IMG/VR virus record: IMGVR_UViG_3300036670_000256 | Location: 1 to 64,000 of that record | Reading direction: 5' to 3' (one strand) | Source: a virus | DNA length: 64,000 nucleotides | In this document: one piece after another, positions 1 to 10,100 of the stretch | Layout: every line of letters begins with the position of its first letter | Numbering within the stretch: position 1 is the first letter of the stretch | The notes under the pieces: generated by a model | What the model was told of the DNA's origin: nothing | Databases searched by the model: none | The model's input: the letters and a program-made list of their open reading frames with translations, nothing else | Made by a program: the position numbers and the translations under genes

Positions 1-1
1 T

Positions 2-145
2 CCAATAAACGATTTGGAAGAACACGAGGAATTTTCAACTTGCAAATGCTGTCCAAGTTTAATAATTGAAAACGGAGAAATGATAATACTTCACAATTCA
101 TTTGATAAGCGTGAGATAATAGAACTTCTTTTTGAAAACGATTAG
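2..145 (+). CDS. partial small protein (3' end) with His/Cys motif PINDLEEH..CKCCP..HNSFDKRE
   Basis: Hand translation of frame 2 is open from the window edge to TAG at 143-145; not in ORF track. Confidence 0.6.
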   Translation, partial: PINDLEEHEEFSTCKCCPSLIIENGEMIILHNSFDKREIIELLFEND

Positions 146-215
146 TAACAATGTTTGCTAACTTGTATATATACGCAACAGTATTTATAAAACACTAATT
201 TTTAAACAAAAAACA

Positions 216-755
216 ATGCAAAAATTATATTTCATTAAAAATAAAGAAGGTAAATATGTTTCTCAAGACCAAAAAAAAGAATTGGTAAAAACTGAAAATA
301 TTTTAAACGCAAAAGCTTTTAGCGATTTTTTAAAAGCAGATTTTTTATGTGCTACTTTGGAAGATAAAACTTTTGAGGTAGTTCAACTTGAAGAAGAAGA
401 TTTTATGAATTTGATAGCTGTATTTACAGCCCAGGCAATTATATCTTGTGACGTAAACAGACAATTTTTTGAACAAGTAAATTATAATTTACCTACAATA
501 AGCAAGGCAAATAAAGAACTTAAAAAACGTCTTGATGCTGCGTCTTCTCAATTAAAAAGTATCAACCCATTCTTTAATCAAATTGAAGAAATTGCTGAAG
601 ATGCTTTGTACGATAATCTTTCAAATTATGAATCTGTTATTCGAAGATTGTCAATAATAGGAATGGCATCGTTTGCAGAAATCGATGCTATTTTAGAAGT
701 GTATGAAAAATCTCCAAAAGCAATTTTAGGAATAGTAAAAAAGTATAAGTCTTAA
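216..755 (+). CDS. hypothetical protein (179 aa)
   Basis: ATG after A-rich leader; converges on the gene ending at 757. Confidence 0.8.
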   Translation: MQKLYFIKNKEGKYVSQDQKKELVKTENILNAKAFSDFLKADFLCATLEDKTFEVVQLEEEDFMNLIAVFTAQAIISCDVNRQFFEQVNYNLPTISKANKELKKRLDAASSQLKSINPFFNQIEEIAEDALYDNLSNYESVIRRLSIIGMASFAEIDAILEVYEKSPKAILGIVKKYKS

Positions 756-756
756 T

Positions 757-1032
757 TTATTCTTTAAAACCTTGTCCATGTTGAGATAATAATTCAATTT
801 CTTTTATTTCAAAGTATTGATCTTTACCTAGCTTTGTTTCATAAAGCGCTTTTCTAAAAATTTCTTTTTCACAAATTTTTGCAATTTGCTTTTTTGTAAA
901 TCCTTTTACTAAAATATTTTTTAGCAAAATTTCTCCTATCAATTTTTGATTTACACCGATTTTTTCTTTTTTTAAAAGAACTATGTTAGCTAAATAGATA
1001 GGAACTGTAATATTTATTTTAATTGTTTCCAT
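757..1032 (-). CDS. hypothetical basic protein (probable start METIK at 1032, near-leaderless)
   Basis: ORF track; TATATTTG box 4 nt upstream of the ATG at 1032. Confidence 0.7.
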   Translation of the reverse strand: METIKINITVPIYLANIVLLKKEKIGVNQKLIGEILLKNILVKGFTKKQIAKICEKEIFRKALYETKLGKDQYFEIKEIELLSQHGQGFKE

Positions 1033-1036
1033 GGTA

Positions 1037-1063
1037 CAAATATACAAACATGAAATAATTTCT
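1037..1063 (-). promoter_or_regulatory. Bacteroidota -7 box TATATTTG (1037-1044) with adjacent TGAA-N5-TTCW operator-like site (1051-1063)
   Basis: Matches TAnnTTTG consensus; same motif pair recurs elsewhere. Confidence 0.6.
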
Positions 1064-1066
1064 ATT

Positions 1067-1100
1067 AAAAAAGCCTAACAAATTTAATTGTTAGGCTTTT
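1067..1100 (-). terminator. intrinsic terminator after the virion RNAP gene (potentially bidirectional)
   Basis: AAAAGCCTAACAA-atttaa-TTGTTAGGCTTTT inverted repeat with A/T tracts. Confidence 0.8.
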
Positions 1101-1148
1101 AATTAATTAATCATGGCAGATTAATAGTAGAAAATTCAAAGATACAAT

Positions 1149-4100
1149 TTATCTTACAACAGTATCAATCATTTTTAAAGAAGCTGGAGTAAATTTATTT
1201 AGTAATTTTTCTAGACTAAAAGGATTAGAATCTGTAACAAATTTATCTACTTGTCTAACATCTGCAAATTGATTTACTGCAATTAAACCAGATATTAAAC
1301 CAAACCCAGAAAGAGCTTTATCTAATTGTCTACGCTTGTAGTCAGGCAAGTCTTTTCTGTACTTCATAAAAGTTTTAGGACTCCATTCTCCGTTCATACC
1401 TTTTTGAATGGTTTGTATTAAAGATGTGTAAGTTCCGATTGTTTCTTTTCCATAAATATCAATATCGTCTTTTCCAAAATTACGATAAATCATTGTTGGA
1501 ATATATCGACTAAACTGCATCATCATTCTACCCCAACTGTACATCTGTATCATTCTTTGGTCAGTAGCGGAATAACCTTTTCCATGTGAAAGTTTAATTT
1601 CATTTTCCATTTCTGTTAGTTTTGCTTTGTTTATAGTTTTATCAATTCTAGCATCTTCCCATTGTTCTTCATTTAGCATACCTAAAAAATGGACACCTTG
1701 AATCCATTTCTCACTCCAGGTCATAGGAAACAAAGCAAGACTGGTAAACATTTTTTCCATGCTGCTTTTGTCTTCAATTTTTACATCATCAAAAACATTG
1801 ATGTCCATGTATCCTGCTTTTTTCATTATGGCTATAGATTCTTTTACTCCTTTAAAAGGATCGGTAATATCAAATTTACCATCTTTCCCTAGCCAAAATC
1901 TTTTTTCTCCTTTAGCCCAATTTTTTCCTCCTTGGTTTAGCACGTTATTGTATTTACCTACAAGAACATTCCCAATGGCATATACTCCGCCTCCTATTGC
2001 TAAACCTTTATAACCAAGCCAATATATTAAACTTCCCTTGGTTATATAATCAACAACGTTATCGCTTGATACTCCTACAGCTTCTAAGCTTTTTAAATTA
2101 GGAATTGTTTGTTGTTTTTTTCCCGCCAAAAAATATTGTTTCCAAATTTTATCTACATAAGCTGCAGCGTTTGGATTACTATCGCGTTCTGCTTGCGCCA
2201 TTATTCCATCTACTACAGGAACCATTGATTTGAAACCTTCAAATATTCCGTTACCATTATTAAAAATAGTTCCAGATGCATAGTCAATAAACGCTTTGTT
2301 TAAATCCATTGAAGGCATATCTGACGAACTTACAGATCTACTTTTACTAAATCTGTCCACAAATATATCTCCAATCGCAGAACCTATTTCTACGTTACTT
2401 GCTCTTAATGGAGAACCATCTTCATTTACACCTTTACGCTGTAACGAAATAGCTTTCTTTTTTAATTTATAAAATTCTGCAGCTTTAGATTTGTTTGTTT
2501 TAGAATAAGTATTGTACCAATCTTTTACTTCTTTAAACAAAACTCCTTCTGCTTTTTCTCCAGTTATTGGATTAGTAGCGTTTATATAAACATCGTTGAT
2601 TTTTTCGTTTAAAGTTTTTGAATTTAATAAAAGTCCTAGCATACCTCTACTAGAATACACTTCCATCATTTCTGGTGCTGTATGCGGTATATAATCTGTT
2701 CTAGATTTTTTACCTTCTTTTACTGAAAAAGGTTCAAGTTCCTTAGATATTTTTCTAGTTACGTCGTAAAAATCTTTTTGAGCTTTTGAAATAATACCAG
2801 ATTTAAAATCTTTTTCTATTTGTTCTTCTGATTTGTACTTCATATTTTGAATTACTGTGCCATTTGCAGTAGTAACACTTTCTTTAATAATTAATGGTCC
2901 ATACAATTTATCATAAAAAGCTGTTTTGTTTCCAAACAAACTATTTTTAATTTTTTTTAAAATATCAACTAGGTTATTACTACTGTTTGAGTAGCCAAAT
3001 TGCTCTTTGTATAAAGCATCTGTAGCTTGATTGATTTCTTTTGCTATTTTAGATTTTTCTTCGATATAGCTTTTGTATTTAGTTTCCATATTTCTAACTA
3101 AACTTTGAATAGCTGGATGATCCGAAGGAACGTTATTTGATAGCAACCATTTTTGAATCATGCTAATATCTTTTCCGTTTGCAGTTTTTCCGGTAAGTTT
3201 ACTTTGGTCGATAGCTTCTCTATTTGCTATTTCTAAAACTACATTTTTAAGAACTTTAGCGTAAGCTATTTTATCTCTCCAACCCAATCCAACACCGCCA
3301 TCGTCGTCTGAAAGTTTACCTTCTGTCATATACAGATTTAGCAAACTTTCTTTTGACATAGATTTTAGTTTTTGTTCATTGTATTTTAAAGCTAATTTAT
3401 CTGCTTTTTGCTTTTCTTCAAGATATCTATTAAATTTAGACTCTTTAGTTATTTCATCAAAATTAGCATCATAATCCATTACTTTATCAAATTGATTACG
3501 ATCCATTGTTTCTGAGAACCTCCAGTAATTGTCTTCTCTTTTTTCTAATCCAAAATCTTCTTTGTTATTGTTTTTTTTTTTTAAACTTTCTTCAAGGTCG
3601 TTAAAAAACTCAATATCTTCTTGACTATCTGTTGTAGAATCTGGACCAGGATTAGTAACATTTTGATTTTTAATTGTAATGTAATCTAATGGTTTATTAA
3701 AATTTTGAGTAATAGGCATTCCATTACTCATTCTAGACATAGCCAAATCTAAAAGGTCATTATAGCTTTTGCTGTCTTGAGCGTTTTTTAATTCTGATTT
3801 AGTAAATCCATTGAACTTGTAAATTTTACCATCTGACTTGAAAAAAACCGGTTCACCTTTTTTAATTTTATTATAGAGAATTTTATTTTCCTTATATAGA
3901 TTGTTATTCAAAACAATTTTACCAGCGCTGTTTTTTGAAAATATACCATCATGTGTTAAAAACAATTCAGGATTATTTTTTACTAAAAAAGTTTCTAAGG
4001 TTTTTAGTTGGTCTTGAGAATAAGCAATAGGAACATCTGATTTTTCAGAAACTTTGTTTTTAAATTCTGAATTGAATAAAGTAAACATTGAAAGATTTCC

Positions 4101-7100
4101 TTTCCAACCATTTTTCATTAAATCGTAAATCATCAAATCTTGCTGTAATTCTCCTGGTAATCTTGAAAATTCATTTAGTATTTGTTTTCTAGATTGAGAA
4201 TCCATCATATCATTAAAAAAAGCATTGTTTATAGAAACGTATTTATTGTTTCCAGCTAAACTATAATTTAATCCTTTTGACAATAGCATGTTTGTATTGA
4301 AATTATTATTGCCATTTTCGTCAACCATTTTAACTTGTTCTGAAATGTAATTCTGTAATCTATCAAAAATGTTTTTAGGATTTTTTTTGTTGGTATTTCC
4401 AGATATTGTAGCAGTTAATGAATCATAATATTCTCTTGATACTAAATTATTTAAATTTAATATTTGAGAAGAATGAAACAAATCCATAGCTTGTTTAATA
4501 GTATTGTGATCGGCTTTACTTAGCTTTTTGCCAGTACTATCTATAATATTGTTATACACGTTTTCTAATGCACTACTAAAAGTAGGATCGATTTTTTTCT
4601 GAACTTCTTGGTTTTTTTCTAAAACACTAACGTAGTTTTGAATTAAAGGACTGTTTTTATATGCTGCAGGAAATTTTAAAACAGAATTATCGTTTTGATT
4701 GTTTACAGTTAAATTAAATTCTTTTAGCAATCCGTTTATTTCAAATGGATTTACAGTCATTGTATTGTGAATAGATAAAATACCTTCAATAGATTTCATT
4801 TCATTATTAGTAATGTTATTTGAAACTAGCAACAGATTGTAAATCGATTGATTTGAGCCATCAATATCTTTAGTGTTTACATTTACATCACTTCCTTTTT
4901 TAAGGCCGTATTTTTTCTCTATTTCGTCAAAAATTTTAATGCTTTCTTCTCCTTTGAAAACACTTGAGTTTGTTTCTTTAGAATTTGAGAACATTTTTAC
5001 TATTGGATGATTTAAAATCAAACCAACTTTATTTAAGTCATAACCTAAATTGGTTAATAACATAGCTGTATTTATTGTGTTTTTGTTAATACCTAGCTTG
5101 TTGGCAAAACCATACTTTGAGTTATCTAAGATTATATTAAAAAGCTTTGCAGAAGCAATAGTTAAACTTTTTTCTTTTGAATCTGAAAACTTATTTACAG
5201 TTTGGTCATCAATAGTAATTGGACTATTTAGCTCTACTTCGTAATTAGAAAACAATCTTAAGTTACTATGTAGATTAGCCGCAATACCAACGTTACTTTT
5301 ACTTATCAAAGTATCATCAAATGCAATTTGCTTTCCTCTTGATGAACCTGGTAGTATTTTTTCTTGTTGTTTTTTACCGTAAATTTTTTCAATTTCTACA
5401 ATAGCTTTTTCAGCATCTTCTTTAAAATCAATAGGCTCCATTAATTCTTTTTGGGTGCTTTCAGTTAAATAGTGTTTTTCCATTTTATTCATAACACTAT
5501 TCCAGCCAAACATTCCTTTTCCTTTATGTTGGACAAAGATTTGGTCACCATCATTATCAGAACCTACAATCTCTTTAAATTTATTTGGTAACTGAATGTT
5601 GTTACCTTCTTCTTCAGCAAAATCAATTACTTCAAAGAAACCGGTTGTTTGAGGTCCGTGAGAAGGAATACGAGTTCCCATTATAGAATCTCCTTCAACA
5701 TAATATCCAATATGTTCATTATCGTTACCAAAAACTTTTCCATAACCAACGCCAAGCTCTTTAGATTTTTCTCTAGCAAACTTTTCTGTAGCTTGTAAAT
5801 TTTTGTTTACATAATACTCTCTCCTACGTAAAGATTGGTCTTTTGTTCCGTAACCAAGTATCATATCTTTTGGCAAAACAACTTCTCCTTTAGAATAAGT
5901 TCCGTCAGAATTTTTGTTGTAAAAAGCCAAATCGCTGGTACCAGAAGTTGCATTTAAATCAGAACTTGTAGCATATTGTTTTCTATAAGTAGATGGTTTT
6001 TCTCTTAAAATGTTTCCTGGTGTATTTAATTTTAAACCATTCTTTTTGATATAATTTGCAAAGGTATTTTTAACAAGTTCGCGAACTCCCGGAACAGATA
6101 ATTTTAAACCATCTTTAAAAATTAAATCTGATTGTACTTGATCTATTTGATTTAAGTCTACAAGAGATTTAAAAAATTTCATTATTTGTTCTTGATTTCC
6201 GTTATTTATAATATTAAAACCTTTTTCAATTTGCTTAGAAGAAAGATTTTTTATATCATTTAAAATATCTTCTATCGCAGCTAAGTTTCCGTTTACGGAC
6301 GCGTTGGTAGTTAATGATTTTACAAATTGCACTCCCAAGTTTGCGGTATCTTTATCAATATCCATTACTTGTTGTACGCCAAAATTAGAGCCATCTAATC
6401 CAGTAAATTGTTCGTCTTTATCGTAGTAATATGTTTTATCTAATATTGCCTCAGCTTCTGCAAAATTATTATTGTCATACATTGAATTTAAAGAATCATA
6501 ACTCATTACTTTAGAATCGTAATGCGCTGGCATATTTGCAACGTTTTTGTTTGCAGAATAAGGCACAACAATATTCATATATGTTGGCGTTCCTGAAAGT
6601 AAGTTATGATCAGCTCTTTGATTATTTTGTTCTTCCCATTTTAATTTACGCATTTTTAGTAAGTCGTAAACTCCTCTAAGATCTGGATTTTTAGCAACCT
6701 CAGCTTTATTTAAAATTGTAGCGTATCCTTTATTGTAAACATTTTGATCTTTAAAATTTTCATTGTTTTTTTCAATTCCGGTATGCAATAATTTGTAACC
6801 ATTTCTTAAAGGCATTACAGTTCCACCTGCAGACATAATACGTGCAGCATCTTCTTCTAAGATGTAGAATCCAGCATCTGTAACAGTAAATCCATCTTTT
6901 TTAATATCGTCAACGTATATAGCTTCTAGTGAAACACTAGGAAAACTAAACATTGGCGACAATCCTGATTTAGATCTTTTTAAAGACTCATTCTCATTCT
7001 TTTCATTTTTAAATAAAAACGAAGGAAAAAATACTTCTTTAAAGTTTGTGTCATTTACAATTTGATTTAATTCAAAATTAGCGACGGCCATTAAACCATC

Positions 7101-10100
7101 TTTGTTTAATGATTTAGTCATTTTGCCATTAGCGTCTGTAAAGAATTTTCTCATTTGAGGATCTCTTGCAAAAACGGCAGAGTTTGATTCTATAAAAGCT
7201 TTTTGGTCTTTAATTGATTCTTCAATTGCTTTTTTAAATTCTTCAAACTTCATTTCCATACCAAGCTGTTTGTGGGTATTGAAAATGTTGCTTAGTAATT
7301 GCTTGTCGTTAAAAACAATTTTTTTGTTTTCAAATGAAATAATTTCTTCAGTATCTATTTTTGGAACTTCCATTAAGTAAGTTCTACTAGAGTCAGAGAA
7401 ACGGCCCGTATCCATCAAATAACTTCCTTTTGATGCTGACTTATTAAACATCATAAAATCGTTCAATCTATGGTCGCCAGAATCAGAATTTTTAAGTATT
7501 ACAGATTTGTTGTTGTTTTGATTTAAAATACCATCGTATTGTACCAAATCAATATCGCCACCTTTTGAAATTTTATCATATAAAAAGTTTAGTAATTGAT
7601 TAGCGTATTTACCTTTTTTTAAATTACCAGACTTGTGAGAATACTTATTTAAAAAATCTTTTTTATCCATACGCGCAGCATCTTCTTTCATTTTCTTAGT
7701 ATTTCTAGTAAGAAAATTATCAATTATTTTCACCGGAGTTTGATTTCCTTCTGCGTTAAATACGTTATAGTCTGCAGTAAACTTTCTATTTTCGTTTACT
7801 ATAGCTTTTATAAAAGTTCGAATACCTGATTTGAATTTTTCATTTTTATTTCCTAAATCAAATACTGGTTTGTTGTCAACCAAACCATTAAATAAACCAT
7901 TTTTAGAACGAACAAAAGCAATTATAGTATTTGTTAATGGATAGCTTTTTCCGTTAATGTTTATTTTGTTTGCAGCTAACATTTCTTTTCTGTTTATTTT
8001 ACTGCCAGATAAGAAATTAAAAACATTATCAATGTCTTGTTTGGTAAATTGACCATTGTATATGTTTTCTGCAGAAGACAGCATATTTCTGTAATTTTCA
8101 TTACCATTAAATTTGTCTTTAAACATTTGGTCTACTTTGTTTTCGCTTGAAGTAAGTTCCTTTTCACTTAAATTAGTTTCTAGTTTTACTTGTCCGTTTT
8201 TGTCTACAAATGTTTTTATTGAAGTTACATCTGATTGGTTTTTAGCCAACCAGTGCAAAGATTGTAAAACAACTAATTTATCAGAATCTCTTTTTTTGTC
8301 TAAAAACAAATTGAATTTTTTAAGATCTCCATCTTTAGCTTCTTGAAGTCTTCTAATAAAATCTGCAGAACTATCACTTGTTTCAGCAAGTTTTGTCAAT
8401 TTGTATTTTAATACTTGAGCATCTAAAAACTCTATTTTATTTAAGTTTGTGTTTAGCTCTCTAGCTTTTAAAGTTTTAGCTTTATTGTAAAACTCACTAA
8501 ATGTTTTTATAATGCCAGACATTTTATTTATGTACTGTAATCTATCAGTATTAAATATTTCATCAAACATTAAATTTTCTAAATCATTTTCTCCATTTTC
8601 TTCGTCTATGATTTGTTCAAATAAAGTTTCTTTTTTGTCGTTTCTTCTTGCTTCTTTTTGACGCTTAACTTCTTCTTGAATTGTGTTTTTTTGTTTTTCA
8701 ATCAATTCATTTATAGCTTCATTTTTTTGAGTAATAGCTAAGTCTTCTGCAATACTTCTACTTTCTCTAACTACCAATGAAGTTTCTTTTCCTTTTATTT
8801 CAGTTTCAAAAGCATTTAAAATAGTGTTTAAATCAGAACTATAAATTTGTTTATCTGCATCAGATAAAGTTTGTTGAAATTCTTTTCTTGCTGCAATTCC
8901 AGTAGTATCTTCTGCAAGTTTTTTAACTTTTTGCCACCACTTTTTAGCGTAAACTTGTCTTTTACGTTCTGAACTAAGAACACCTTCGTTTGATGAATTT
9001 TCTTTTTCTTTAAAAAAGTTTGTGTATTTATCAGAAAGAGGACCTTCTAAAGTAGCTGCAAAAATTTCGTCTAATAAAATCTCTTGTTCTTCAATTGGAA
9101 TTTTTATTAAATTTCCTTTTTGAACTTGTAAATCAAACCATTTGTTTCTTACGTCTTCGCTGTAAGAATTCCATTTATTACCAAAAATTCTTTTTTTAGT
9201 CAATTTCTCTCCTGTTTCAGGATTTTGATATTGAATCATGTCAGAATAAAGATTAGTAATCTTTTCAACTAAAGCTTCATTTTTTAAAGCAAAATTTAAA
9301 AGGCTTTTTGTTTCTGGCGAATTAGGAGTTAGCGCATAAAAAATATGTGCTACTTCGTGCATCATTGTTGTTCCCTGGTTCCAAGTTTTTTCGTTAATGT
9401 ATATTTGAGAAGCCACAGTCAAACCTAAAGCTCTAGTACCTAAAGTTGCTTCCATGTCCATTATTCTATAAACGTTTGCATTGGCATCAGGAAAAATCTG
9501 TTGCAAAGCATGTGACATTTCTATAGATTGTGAAAATTGTAATAACTGATTGTCTGCAGAAGTATCTACATATTCTTCTTTAAATCTATTAAGACCAAAT
9601 TTAAAACTTTTAGCTTTGTTTTTTCCTCTAGCTAATATTTTTCCACTTTTTTTAATTAGATTTTGTTTTTCAATTTTTTCGACAATTTTATTTATAAATT
9701 CTCTTTTTTCTCTAGCATCTGAAAATTCATCTGGCGCTTGATCTTTGTCAAAAACTTGTTTAAAATCAGGAATAATTTCATCATCAGTATTATCTTCAGT
9801 ATCTAAGTTTTGATCTTCGGAAAGTTGACGAATAAGTTCTTTATCTTCATCGCTTAAGTTTTCGTTTTCTTCTTGTTTAATTTTTACTAAAGCATCAATT
9901 TCTTTTTTATTTTCTTCGTAAAAAACTTTAACGTCTCCTTTTGGTTCTACACCTGCAGCAATAGATTCAGCAGTTTCATCAATTGCTTTTTCATTTTTTG
10001 CATTTGTAGTTTTTGCTTCTGGCTTTTTATTTGATGTAAACTTGACTTTTTTACCAGTAGCTTTATCAGTAATGTTACCATCTTTTGAAACTAATACAGT

